Numbered from the stretch's first letter, positions 9,231 through 19,528 are shown. The stretch is DNA of 64,000 nucleotides from Terriglobia bacterium (GCA_963666975.2 CAXVYR010000002.1:160001-224000), one strand, 5' to 3'. Program-made: numbers and translations. Notes: generated by a model not told the origin, from the letters alone.

Positions 9231-10678
9231 GAAGGTGTCCCAAACTCAGTTGCAGGTTGGGACGGCGGGTTGAGTTCATATTACGCCACTTTCTCCTTGT
9301 GAGAGGAAGCAGCGTTTGGACTTCGGCCGAGAATCGATGCCAAAGCCCAGAGATCGTGATAACCCATGATCTTCCGGAAATTCTTCTCGGTCAGCAGAAA
9401 CGCTCCTGCCACCCAGCGCAACGTCATCTCGCCGTCGCGCCAGCGGCAAACATTGCCAGTCTTTTTCCGCACGCCCGACTGCGGGCTCTCGATGAGGTTC
9501 GTGGTTGCCAGGCAGCGGTGGAGGCTGGGAGGAACGTCGGCTCGATTGATCGTAAAGGTCTCCTCCAACCCTTCGCGCAAGCTGGCGGCTGCTGCCGGAT
9601 GATCGCACTCGATCATCCCAGCGAGCTTCTTTATGCGCACGATGCCTTCCTCGGCTTGGGGCAATCGCCAGGCGGCGCGCATCAGCGACCGCACCTGATT
9701 CGCCAGCATTTTGTCGCCCTTTGGTAACCGCTCAGCCACGTTGCGCAGCTTATGAGTACGGCAACGCTGCACCAGCTGATTGCTGCCGAATACTTCCTCG
9801 ATCCCCGCGCGGAGCGCTTTGGCGCCGTCGATCACAAACAGATAGCGCTGATCCGTGCGCAGACCTTGCTGGCGCAGGCGGGTGAGAAGGTCTTTCACCG
9901 CAGCGGCGTTTTCGGTCGCGCCCAGTTGAATCCCCAGCACATGCTTGCGGCCCTCGATGTCCACGCCCACGGCGCTGATGACGTGGTGGGAGCCGAACCG
10001 CATTCCGTCCAGGTAAATCACAGAATCTCGACCTCCTCCCAGCGCCGCGCCAACAGTTCTTCCAGCCGCCGCGCTCCTTGCTCGGCCGCTTCCCGGCTCA
10101 CCTGAGACTTCGACACCCCAGCGCTGTTGGCCATCTCCGGGATCACCTCGCGGTAGTTCCGCGTCGAAACCCCTTTCAACAGTGCCTCGAACATCTCCTC
10201 GCCCGTCTTCTCGCTTTTCCGCAGCGCTTCGTAGGCCGGCACCGCTTCTTCCCCTCCGCCCTTCCGGCGCAGCCGGGGCCGCTCCACCCGCAGCTGGCGA
10301 TCGGCCAGTTTCACCCTCCCCAATTGCCGGCCATGCCAGCGCACCTCTCCGCTCGCCTTCCCGGGACTCTTTGGCCCCGCGATTTGCTCTGCGCTCATGC
10401 TCAGAATCGTTTCAATCAAACCTCGCCCGGCCCGATCAATCACCTCATCCAACGCCAGACGCGCCTCCGTGATCAGATCCACCACCGGCAACAGCATCTG
10501 TCCGTTGGTTTGGCAAAACTTCTGGATGGTTTCTTCGGCTCCCTTGGAACCCAGTTCCAAAACGTGATATTTTCCCTTCATTCGGCGGTTCTCCTTCTAT
10601 AGGATTTAGGCTTGGCCCGATTCTATTCGATTCGGGCCGAACCGCCGTTCAACCTTCAACTATGTATGGGACACCCTC
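9231..10678 (-). mobile_element. IS256-family element, copy 2 (1448 bp, inverted)
   Basis: Near-identical to copy 1; 8-bp target duplication gaaaggtt at 9223-9230 and 10679-10686. Confidence 0.95.
9281..10581 (-). pseudogene. IS256 transposase with a 1-bp deletion near 10021
   Basis: gattctggtgatt in copies 1 and 3 reads gattctgtgatt here; protein split into 187 + 246 aa ORFs. Confidence 0.9.
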
Positions 10679-10753
10679 GAAAGGTTTTCCTAACTCTGTT
10701 AAACGCTCCGAGTTAACGTCTGACCAGACGCCTACCCTGGAACAGTTCAGGGC

Positions 10754-11012
10754 TATGCGACATCTAGCCAGTACACGTACACCTGAGCCCGAAGTTATCG
10801 AAAAGCGTTCAGTGACCAAGGAAGAACTGGACCGACTCTTCGAGGTTCTCTCGGGGCTGACTCCCTCCCGAGTGCGGTTTTTATATCGCCAACGTTGGGA
10901 GACGTGTCGTTTGAACCCCGGCAGCCTTCCCAGAGTGACCGATATCCAATACCTAGAGACGACCTTGCGTGTGCTTGATGCTTGGCGGCTTCAGGGAATT
11001 GATGTGGGGTGA
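10754..11012 (+). CDS. Small hypothetical protein (start uncertain, possibly truncated by IS256)
   Basis: Open frame continuing from the IS boundary, helical charged composition, no known motif. Confidence 0.35.
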
Positions 11013-11485
11013 GGCGCTACAGTGTCATGATCTTGTTTGTAAACACGCACTCTCGCCGGACCAGACGAAGTATTCGCTCCCTCCTGACGACCGTAGGCTT
11101 GCGAGTTCACTTGGCTGGTTTGTCGGCATTGCGTACAAGTGGTCGGTCAAGCTCCCGCGAAACGGCGTTCTGGGGGATAGATCCTCTCTTGTCGCCTAGC
11201 GTTTACCGAAATTCAGCCAGTGATCGGTTAACTATCTACCTGGAAACAGACCCACTACCTGCGCTTCTGTCACACCTGCCCGGCTGTCCTTTTCCACAGA
11301 GGTTCTGTATACTTTCCCGTTCTTATAGCATAAGGCAATGGATCAGCCTGGCTCGGAATCTTCACGAATATCGGAAAAATGGACAGAATATTATTACCTC
11401 CTTAGTCTAAAATCGACTCGTATGAGCCTGCGCGGAAAACCACGAGGTGAAGCACTGTCTTCCACAAGAATCCCTATTGACCGTC

Positions 11486-11675
11486 TTAGACCGTTTTCAC
11501 AGTTGGGGTGTAGCAGCATTGCAGTGGAGGCGACATCCACGGAAACCCGCTCCTTTACAGTCGCGGCTCGGATTCGGCTTGATAGGGGGGAATCGAAAGC
11601 CGAGCCACGAGCGTAAGCGAGTGGGTGGCTTCTTTGACTGGCGAGTCCTATACACCTTTCGTGAAACCGCCCTAG
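11486..11675. mobile_element. MITE-like element carrying a REP-type palindrome
   Basis: Ends ttagaccgttttcacagttggggtgtag ... ctatacacctttcgtgaaaccgccctag; core cagtcgcggctcgg ... ccgagccacgagcgtaagcgagtgg. Confidence 0.6.
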
Positions 11676-11969
11676 AAAGCATAGGTCAGGTTTTGTTAGG
11701 AAGAAGAAAATATTTTTTTGCGAAACGAACCTAAATAATTAGCTAACTCTTCTATAATCAACAAAAATTGTTTCACTGAGGAGTGAACAAAGCCAACATT
11801 TGAGACGTGAGGAATAGTTTTTAAGCTGCCATGGTACGCTTCCATGGTGCAGGGAGGTAAGACCAGGAGGTAAGACTATGATGAGGGACTTAGTCATCTC
11901 CACAAAGATGGGCCGGTGCGGATGGTTAGCCAGCAGTCCTAGGTTTAGCCCTCGAAGCGAGCCACTTCC

Positions 11970-13577
11970 ATGAAGATTCTGACGGCAGCTCAAATGCGAG
12001 AGATTGACCGCATCTCCATAGAAAAGCTGGGCATCCCCGGCATGGTGCTGATGGAAAACGCCGGGCGGAATCTCCTTCGGCTGCTGGAGGAGAAGTTTCC
12101 GAACCTCAAGCGGGAAAGGGTGGCGGTTCTGTGCGGCAAGGGCAACAACGGAGGAGATGGATTCGTCATAGCCCGGCATCTAAAGATGCGCGGCCATCAT
12201 CCGCGCGTCTTTTTGCTGGCCGATCCGCAGAGCCTGAAAGGAGACGCCCGCACCAACTACGAAATCCTGCTGCAGAGCGGCTTGCGGCCCACTCCCGTCC
12301 GGGACATGAACGGATGGCTGGGAGTGAAGTCCGACCTGCTGCGGTCCACCCTCCTGATCGACGCCATTTTGGGCACCGGCCTGGGAGGTCCTGTAGAGGG
12401 CTTTTATTTAGAGATCATCCGGGACCTCAACAACAGCTTCGCCTCGGTTCCGATAGTCTCGGTGGACATCCCTTCGGGGTTGCCCAGCGACACGGGCGAG
12501 CCGCTGGGCGAGTCGGTGCGGGCCAGCTACACGGTGACGTTCACAGCGCCGAAGTGGGGCCACATCTTTCCGCCCAACTGCGAACGCGTTGGCGAGGTGG
12601 TGGTGACGCCGATCGGAACGCCGCCTTCCGTCTATGAGGATGATGCTTCGATTTTCCTGAACCTGCTGGCCCCCGGCGACCTGAGCTTTGTTGCCGAGAA
12701 GCGTCCGGGGGGCTCACATAAGGGCGACTTTGGACACGTTCTCATCGCAGGCGGCTCGCGCGGCAAAAGCGGCGCTGCCGCCCTGGCGGCCATGGCGGCG
12801 CTCCGTGCCGGGGCTGGTTTGGTGACCGCTGCCACCCCATCCAGCGCCTTGTCGGCTGTCGCCAGCGCCGCGCCGACCCTCATGACGGAGCCGCTGGCGG
12901 AGGGCGACAGCGGCGCGCTCTCAATGCGAGCGTTTGACTACGGGCGGTTCGCGCACATTGCGGCCGGAAAGTCGGTTTTGGCCATCGGGCCGGGACTCTC
13001 CACCCATCCTGATACGGTAGAGTTCACACGCCGTGTGGTGCGAGAATTCACTGCGCTGCCGCTGGTGGTCGATGCCGACGGGTTGAATGCCTTCGCGGGC
13101 GAAGCCGGGCTATTGCAGGGCGAGGGACGCAAGCTGATCCTGACGCCGCATCCGGGGGAGATGGCACGCCTGACGGGCCTCAGCACGGCTGAGGTGCAGG
13201 CGCGGCGGGTGGAGTTGGTCCGGGAGCTGGCCACGCGGCAGAAGGTTTACGTCGTATTAAAAGGATACCGCACGCTCGTTGCCGAACCCAAAGGCCAGGT
13301 CTACGTGAACCCTACCGGGAATCCAGGCATGGCCACCGCCGGCACGGGCGACGTGCTGACCGGGATGATTGCGGGCCTGCTGGCGCAACACCCAAACCTG
13401 CCTGTGGAGAAGGTGCTTTCGGCTGCCGTCTACTGGCACGGGGCGGCAGGCGATTTGGCTGCGTCCAGGAGGGGCGAGGTGTCGCTGGTGGCCACCGATA
13501 TTATAGATGCACTGCCCGAAGCTCTGCCGAAAGCTCTGGAGACCCCCGCCCGGCATCCAGAAGACGGGCGCCTATGA
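11970..13577 (+). CDS. nnr: Bifunctional NAD(P)H-hydrate epimerase/dehydratase (YjeF)
   Basis: LMENAG, GKGNNGGDG, HKGDFGH, LTPHPGEMARL, MATAGTGDVL. Confidence 0.96.
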   Translation: MKILTAAQMREIDRISIEKLGIPGMVLMENAGRNLLRLLEEKFPNLKRERVAVLCGKGNNGGDGFVIARHLKMRGHHPRVFLLADPQSLKGDARTNYEILLQSGLRPTPVRDMNGWLGVKSDLLRSTLLIDAILGTGLGGPVEGFYLEIIRDLNNSFASVPIVSVDIPSGLPSDTGEPLGESVRASYTVTFTAPKWGHIFPPNCERVGEVVVTPIGTPPSVYEDDASIFLNLLAPGDLSFVAEKRPGGSHKGDFGHVLIAGGSRGKSGAAALAAMAALRAGAGLVTAATPSSALSAVASAAPTLMTEPLAEGDSGALSMRAFDYGRFAHIAAGKSVLAIGPGLSTHPDTVEFTRRVVREFTALPLVVDADGLNAFAGEAGLLQGEGRKLILTPHPGEMARLTGLSTAEVQARRVELVRELATRQKVYVVLKGYRTLVAEPKGQVYVNPTGNPGMATAGTGDVLTGMIAGLLAQHPNLPVEKVLSAAVYWHGAAGDLAASRRGEVSLVATDIIDALPEALPKALETPARHPEDGRL

Positions 13578-13578
13578 G

Positions 13579-14103
13579 ATGAATAGCCAGATGGATGGTC
13601 ATATGAGTGGCCAAATGGCAGGCCGCAACTTCCTGACGCACTCCGCCGAGGAGACTATTCAGTTGGGCCGGCAGGTGGCCCGGCAGCTTGTGCCTCCCGT
13701 AGTGGTTCTTCTGGTCGGGGACCTGGGCGCGGGGAAAACGACTTTTACCAAGGGCTTGGTGGCGGGCCTGGGAGCCGCTGCCGAGGAAGATGTGACCAGT
13801 CCCACCTTCACCTTGGTTCACGAGTACGGGCCGCAGCAGCAAAAGGAAAAAGAAGACGCTCTGCGGGTCTATCACGTGGACCTGTACCGGATCGAAACCG
13901 AGCGGGACATGGAGACGCTCGGCCTGGAGGACCTGATGGCGGAGCGGGCCGTGGTCATCGTCGAGTGGGGACAGAAACTCGGTGCATCCTTTGAGAATCC
14001 CTGGACGGGGAGCCGCATACTTGAGGTTCGCATGGAGGCGGTGGGGGACATGGAGCGGCGCATCGAAATCCATTCGGGAGGGAATAAGGAGCCTCGCAGC
14101 TAG
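13579..14103 (+). CDS. tsaE: t6A biosynthesis ATPase TsaE
   Basis: GDLGAGKTT, VTSPTFTLVHEY, YHVDLYR, IVEW; exact start uncertain (four Mets, one every 4 codons). Confidence 0.95.
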   Translation: MNSQMDGHMSGQMAGRNFLTHSAEETIQLGRQVARQLVPPVVVLLVGDLGAGKTTFTKGLVAGLGAAAEEDVTSPTFTLVHEYGPQQQKEKEDALRVYHVDLYRIETERDMETLGLEDLMAERAVVIVEWGQKLGASFENPWTGSRILEVRMEAVGDMERRIEIHSGGNKEPRS

Positions 14104-14169
14104 GTTCCGAAGCAGCCGGGAAGCCGCGACCGGCGGGCCAATCGAAACAGAGGAGGGTTCGAACCAGAT

Positions 14170-14955
14170 ATGGCAGATAAAACCTTGTGGGCTTTGATTC
14201 TGGGTTGCTCCAGCGGATTCGGCGAAGCCACCGCGCTGGAATTGGCGAGGCTGGGCTACAACATCTTTGGAGTCCATCTGGACCGCCGCGCCACTTTGCC
14301 TCATGCGGAGGAGATAGCCGGGAAGATCAGGGAAGCGGGCCGGGAGACTATGTTTATTAATGCAAACGCAGCCGACCCGAAAAAAAGGAAAGAAGTAATC
14401 GGCCGAATTCAGGAGCAGTTTCAGAAGCAGTCCGGGACGGTCCGGGTGTTGCTGCATTCGCTGGCCTTCGGCACCTTGCAGCCGCTGTCGGGTGAAGGCG
14501 CGGTGACGCAGCCGCAGATGGAGATGACCTCCGACGTGATGGGTCATAGCCTGGCCTACTGGGTGCAGGATGTGGTGGCCGCCGGGCTGATGGAGCAGGG
14601 AGGGAGAATCTTTGCCATGACCAGCTCCGGCGGGACGCGCGTGATGCCCAGCTACGGGCCGGTTTCCGCCGCCAAGGCCATTCTGGAATCACACATCCGC
14701 CAGTTGGCGATGGAGCTGGCCCCTCGCGGGATCACCGCCAATGCCATCCGCGCCGGTGTGACCGATACGCCCGCGCTGCGAAAGATTCCGGGCAACGAGA
14801 AATTAATCGAAAACGCTCGGCTTCGCAATCCGTACGGGCGGCTCACTACGCCCGAAGACGTTGCCTCCGCCATCGGCGTGCTGGCTCAGCCGGGCGCGCA
14901 CTGGATCACGGGAAATGTGATCGGGGTGGATGGCGGCGAGGACGTCACCGGGTAG
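14170..14955 (+). CDS. SDR oxidoreductase, enoyl-ACP reductase (FabL/FabI)-like
   Basis: GCSSGFG Rossmann motif, Y-x6-K (YGPVSAAK), TDTPAL, VDGG. Confidence 0.8.
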   Translation: MADKTLWALILGCSSGFGEATALELARLGYNIFGVHLDRRATLPHAEEIAGKIREAGRETMFINANAADPKKRKEVIGRIQEQFQKQSGTVRVLLHSLAFGTLQPLSGEGAVTQPQMEMTSDVMGHSLAYWVQDVVAAGLMEQGGRIFAMTSSGGTRVMPSYGPVSAAKAILESHIRQLAMELAPRGITANAIRAGVTDTPALRKIPGNEKLIENARLRNPYGRLTTPEDVASAIGVLAQPGAHWITGNVIGVDGGEDVTG

Positions 14956-14979
14956 AGCACTTTCACAGTTAGTGTAGAG

Positions 14980-15684
14980 TCAGGGCAGGCGGGACGAAAG
15001 CCGCTTCTCTCTGGCTCGTTTCCGCTTGGCAAGCCCACCCATAACCAGGCCCGATAGCACAAGGACTGAGGTGGCCGGCTCTGGTATCGGAGTTACACCA
15101 GCAGGCGCAACTCCGGTGAGCGTAATGGTGTACTCCTTTTCCTGGGAAGAACCGGTGGAATCCCAGCCGATGATCGGATCAGCTCCGCCGGGTCCGTTCG
15201 GCCCGACCTGACTTGAGGGGACGAGCGGATCGAAGATCAGCCCCGTAGCGCTAATCGGGTCGCGGTTAAAATCCGATATGGCCAGAAAGTACGTGCCGGC
15301 AGGTAATGCGGAGGGGGGGGTGCCCATTAAGCATGCGGCGGTTGATCCGGGAGAATCACAATCGTCATTCGACCAAACACCGAAGCCGAGTGCATCGAAC
15401 AAGAACAACTGGGCATCTATGCCTGCTATGAACAACCCGGGAGATACGGGTGGATCCGCCGTAAAGGCCGAAAAAGGTTCGATGCCGGTAATAAGCAACT
15501 CGAACATGTCAGAGCCCCCACTGACCGTCCCGGTAATTTCAGTAAGCGGACTTGCCGTGGCCTGCTGCGACGTACCTGGAAGCTCGCCTGCGTCACCTAT
15601 CTCTGCGAAGGCATCGGCAGAGGCTATCTGGGCGAAAAACAAAGCCGCCAGGACGGTAGTAAAAAGTGTCATCTTCCCAATCAT
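14980..15684 (-). CDS. PEP-CTERM sorting-domain protein
   Basis: Signal peptide, acidic Gly/Pro-rich body (DAQLFLFD...NDD), C-terminal IPEP + TM + KRKRAR; SD aggagg. Confidence 0.88.
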   Translation of the reverse strand: MIGKMTLFTTVLAALFFAQIASADAFAEIGDAGELPGTSQQATASPLTEITGTVSGGSDMFELLITGIEPFSAFTADPPVSPGLFIAGIDAQLFLFDALGFGVWSNDDCDSPGSTAACLMGTPPSALPAGTYFLAISDFNRDPISATGLIFDPLVPSSQVGPNGPGGADPIIGWDSTGSSQEKEYTITLTGVAPAGVTPIPEPATSVLVLSGLVMGGLAKRKRAREKRLSSRLP

Positions 15685-16229
15685 TCTTCCTCCTTGTGGC
15701 GGTTTTGAAATATGCTGCTCCCCGCAGTGGCAGACCTTGGGCCACTCATTTATTGTTCGGATTCCGCCACTCAAATTCGTAGCAGATGTAAGGTCAAAAC
15801 AACCGGGGTGCTATGACATTGAAAACACAGCAAGTCCTTCAGGACACGAAAAGGCAGGAGAGGGGGAAAGTGGAAAAGTATTTCTATCTTGTGACAAATA
15901 TGAGAGTTGCCTTCAAGTTAAAAAGACCCACAGAAATCCAGCAACGCAGATTTAAGTCACTAGCATCCTGTTCAGCTATCACCACTTTTATCACGTGCCT
16001 GATGTTGTGGGTTTGTCAAGTGCACAAGTCCGGAGAATCTACCCTCTTCGACTCAAACTGGCTTTGTTTTAGCCCTGCCAGGACAACCTCCTCAAGATTC
16101 TAAAGGACTTGTCTGGTTCGTTTCGTAAAAATAACTTTTTCTGCTGCATGGCTTCCTCGATCGGTTTTCCCTCCATCCATTCATACAAGTCGATGTTCTA
16201 CCCGCCGGATTCGTGAGGCAATAGAACTA

Positions 16230-16949
16230 GGGGCTGTCCTAGCTAAGCAGATTGCTTAGGGATAGGATGGCGATATGTACGAACGGCGTAGTCGGCTGAG
16301 CAAGGCGAAGCGGGATCGGTTGGTGGAGCACTTCGTTGCCGGGACGACGGCACGGGCGGCGGCTGAGCTTGTCGGGGTTCATCGGAACACGGCCGCTTCG
16401 TTCTATACACGGATTCGCACGGTGATTGCCGAGGAGACCCAGAAAGCCTCTTCGGTTTGCGGCGAAATCGAAGTGGACGAGAGTTACTTCGGTGGTCGCC
16501 GCAAGGGCAAACGCGGTCGTGGTGCTGGCGGGAAAGTCCCGGTTTTCGGGCTTTTGAAGCGTGGAGGAAGGGTCTACACGGTGATGATCCCCAATGCCCG
16601 TACGGACACGTTGATGCCGATCATGGAGCGCCTGATCCAGCCCGACAGCATCGTCTACACGGATGGCTTTTCGAGCTACGATGCTCTGGATGTGTCGGAC
16701 TTCCACCATGTTCGGATCAACCACTCGGAACGGTTCGTCGACGAACGGAACCACATCAATGGGATCGAGAACTTCTGGAACCAGGCAAAGCGGCATCTTC
16801 GGCGCTTCAACGGGGTGCCCAAACAGAGTTTTCACTCTTCCTGAAGGAGTGCGAATGGCGCTTCAATGGCGGTAACCACCGGACACTGCTTAACCAATTG
16901 AAGACATGGATCAAATCGAGACAGAATCACCCTTAGCTAGGACAGCCCC
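16230..16949 (+). mobile_element. IS1595-family (IS1016-like) element, 720 bp
   Basis: Perfect 18-bp IRs ggggctgtcctagctaag; 8-bp target duplication tagaacta. Confidence 0.95.
16275..16936 (+). pseudogene. IS1595 transposase, frameshifted near 16835
   Basis: EVDESYFGG, VYTDG, HINGIENFW in one frame; FLKECEWRFN in another. Confidence 0.88.
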
Positions 16950-17038
16950 TAGAACTATTCCGAAGATTCCGAGAAGGAAGCCATGCCCGGCGAGATACAG
17001 GTTTCCTTCTCGGTGCCGGTGTGAAACCGCTATAAAAC

Positions 17039-17126
17039 CCTTTCCCCGCCTTGCTTTCCGATATTCCTTTGATCCCGAAATCAATCCCCAATGGCCGAAT
17101 TTTGTTGACGAATTTGTTGACAAGTT
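17039..17126 (+). repeat. ~88-bp direct repeat, copy 1 (upstream of the TA pair)
   Basis: Shares a 22-bp and a 41-bp identical block with 18199-18285; ends in tandem ttgttgac motifs 12 bp apart. Confidence 0.9.
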
Positions 17127-17189
17127 TTTCCACTTGCCGGATTCGGCATGAAAGGGCTATCCTGCAAAGTAGGAGCAACGGAGCAGAGC

Positions 17190-17450
17190 ATGGCCCATCT
17201 TACGACGAGCAAAGCGAAAGAACTCCTGCCGGAAACTTTAGAGCGGGTTTCTCAAAACAGAGAGCGGGTGATTGTCCGACGCCGTGGAAAGGCCGTGGCC
17301 GCAATCGTCCCGATAGAGGACTTGGCGGCCCTGGAAGAGATGGAGGAACGCCTGGACGCCGAAGATTTTCGTGCCGCCAAGAAACGATGGCAGCGCGGGG
17401 GCTTAAAGACCGTTCCCTGGGACAAACTCAAAGTGGAACTCGGTCTATGA
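17190..17450 (+). CDS. Type II antitoxin, Phd/YefM family
   Basis: TTSKAKELLPETLERV...VIVRRRGKAVAAIVPIED. Confidence 0.88.
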   Translation: MAHLTTSKAKELLPETLERVSQNRERVIVRRRGKAVAAIVPIEDLAALEEMEERLDAEDFRAAKKRWQRGGLKTVPWDKLKVELGL

Positions 17451-17459
17451 ATCACTCTC

Positions 17460-17714
17460 GTGGCCTGCCGTCTTGAATTCACTGCCGGGGCAGCCCGTCA
17501 ATTCCGAAAACTTCCGCAGCACGTCCAAACCCGGCTTGCACCCCTCATCAGCGTTCTGGTCGATCATCCACGCCCTGCCGGGGCAAAAAAACTGAAAGGA
17601 ACGGAGGGCTACCGCCTTCGTGTCGGAGATTACCGCGTCCTTTACGAAATCCAGGACACCGCTTCGCGGATTCTGATAGTAAGCGTGGGACACCGAAGAG
17701 AAGTGTATAGATAA
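17460..17714 (+). CDS. Type II toxin, RelE/ParE family
   Basis: PRPAGAKKLKG, YRLRVGDYRVLYEI, VGHRREVYR. Confidence 0.92.
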   Translation: MACRLEFTAGAARQFRKLPQHVQTRLAPLISVLVDHPRPAGAKKLKGTEGYRLRVGDYRVLYEIQDTASRILIVSVGHRREVYR

Positions 17715-17921
17715 GGTTTTATGCTGAGCGATTCCAGGCGTGCAGAACCGGGAGCTTTCGTGTACAGGCCATGTTCGTAACCTCTGTCAGATAGGGGCAT
17801 ACTGTGTCAGGATTGCCTCTCGGTGCCCATGTGAAACCAATCCGAGCCGCGCGCGCCTGTCCCGAGCCCTGTCCCGAGCGAAGTCGAGGGAGAAGCCGAG
17901 GGATTGCCGATGGGCGCGCGG

Positions 17922-18195
17922 CTAGAGCAATTTCATGGTTGCTGCATAGCTTTCCAGAACGCTCGTGAAGCCCCGGAGGGGCGCAAGAGTTTAGCCCACG
18001 GCGCCAGCCGTGGGTGGGAAAGGCCACGCCGGATCAGCCCCGGAGGGGCGAAAGAAGAGGGCCGGAGCGTCTTTCGCCCCTCTGGGGCTTGGGGTAATGC
18101 CGGCCCCCGTTGTCCCAGGGCTTACGCCCTGGGCTAGGTTCTGCCGCCCTTGCAGGGCTGTGAAGCACTCTACTCCAACTCTGAAACTGATTTAG
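17922..18195. mobile_element. MITE-like element with REP/BIME-type nested palindromes
   Basis: Ends ctagagcaatttcatggttg ... caactctgaaactgatttag; core agccccggaggggcg twice, cccacggcgccagccgtggg, cccagggcttacgccctggg. Confidence 0.7.
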
Positions 18196-18198
18196 AAT

Positions 18199-18285
18199 CC
18201 TTTCCCCGCCTTGCTTTCCGGTACTTCTGTAATCCCGAAATCAATCCCCAATGGCCGAATTTTGTTGACGAAATGTTGACGAGTT
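18199..18285 (+). repeat. ~87-bp direct repeat, copy 2 (upstream of the AbiJ-like gene)
   Basis: Matches 17039-17126. Confidence 0.9.
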
Positions 18286-18471
18286 CTGGTTCCTAACGGA
18301 GTGAGGAACGTCTGATCTTTAGTTCCCGCGACAATTACCAAAATGCTATCTTGTTGATTTGTCTTGCTTAGTTCTGCACCTTGCAGCACGGTATAGTATG
18401 GTATTCGGCAGTTAATGGACCCATATCGGACCCAAATTTTCTCCGGTCGATCCGAAAGGGTGCCGCTTACC

Positions 18472-19371
18472 ATGGATCAACCAAAACCAGAAGGTGAACT
18501 CTTCTCCCGCCTTTACTTGGAGCGCGGCGCACCGGCGGCAGACAGCGCGCTATTCAGGAACCGTCTTGATGCCTAAGTAGAAACACACCATATTTTTCTC
18601 AATCAACCGATTGCCAATTACCTGAAGCAAGAGGGCGGACTGGTTATTAAGCTGCTCATGGCGCAGCCCGCCCTCTACGGTTTTAATGAATTCTTCACGA
18701 AGAGCCCCATTGACTCTGTCCTGAACGCGATCACGCTCATCTGGCGATTCTTCTACCAAGATGAATATCGCAAATGGATTTATACCGAAAGGGCGAAGAG
18801 TGTTGGGAAATGGGCCTATCCGCAAGCTGAGGCGTGGCAAGCGTTTGTCGCCCGCGCACTGCGCGAAGAGAACATGGCCTATTCACTGGATGAGAGCTGC
18901 GGGGTCCACTACCTGGTTGACGAGGAATTTGAGCGGAACCGGGTCTCGGCCCTGAGTTCCCTCGACGCACCCCGCTATGCCGGGGTGAGAGATGCGTTCG
19001 AGGCTGCTTATAGTTATCTTGATAGCCAACCTCCGGATACGAAGGCTTCAGTTCGCTCTACATTCGAGGCTATTGAGATCCTCGCTCGGCTAATTGATCC
19101 GCAAAGTAATAGACTTAACAAGCAACTCGTCGAGAATAAACTCAAACCGCTTGCCGTGAACCTTACGAGCGATCCCACCGAGAACAAAACTGTTGGCAAA
19201 TTATTCGATGGCATTGCGCAGTGGGTTGATGGTCTGCACAACTATCGGCACGGGCAAGGAGTCGAGCACCCGGTCGCACCCTCGCTCACCTTGGCTGTAT
19301 ACATTATCTCCAGCGGGGCTGCGGTCCTCCGATGGCTCGTGGAAATAGACACTAAACAGCAACAGCCTTGA
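18472..19371 (+). pseudogene. AbiJ-related/HEPN-like protein with an in-frame TAA at 18574
   Basis: ATG 18472 is in frame with the 237-aa ORF (MDQPKPEGELFSRLYLERG...RNRLDA*VE...); C-terminal SVRSTFEAIE and LHNYRHGQG helical HEPN-like pattern. Confidence 0.65.
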
Positions 19372-19528
19372 TCGGTGGCGTCGGTGTTTTGCTGGTCCCG
19401 CTTCGCATGTCGAAGCAGGATGCCCTAACAGTGAAGTGGGCCTCTCGAGTGTTGAAATTATGTGATTTTTGCACAGCCAAACGGGACCACTCCCTCCCAG
19501 TCGCGGCTCGGATTTTTTTACAGTCCAT

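Noticed and set aside
15690-16140. Sigma-54 promoter for the PEP-CTERM gene
   Set aside because: No correctly spaced TGGC-N-TTGC (-24/-12) match found by eye.
8925-16845. Programmed frameshifting in the IS transposases
   Set aside because: Shifts are single-base indels without slippery heptamers, and intact sibling IS256 copies show the unshifted sequence.
17039-18285. Integron attC sites
   Set aside because: No RYYYAAC...GTTRRRY boxes, not palindromic, no intI in the window.
16911-18473. Small minus-strand ORFs sharing FVNKIRPLGIDFGI...ESKAGKGF
   Set aside because: Similarity comes from the 88-bp DNA repeat; differences between copies are mostly non-synonymous and the starts are not shared.
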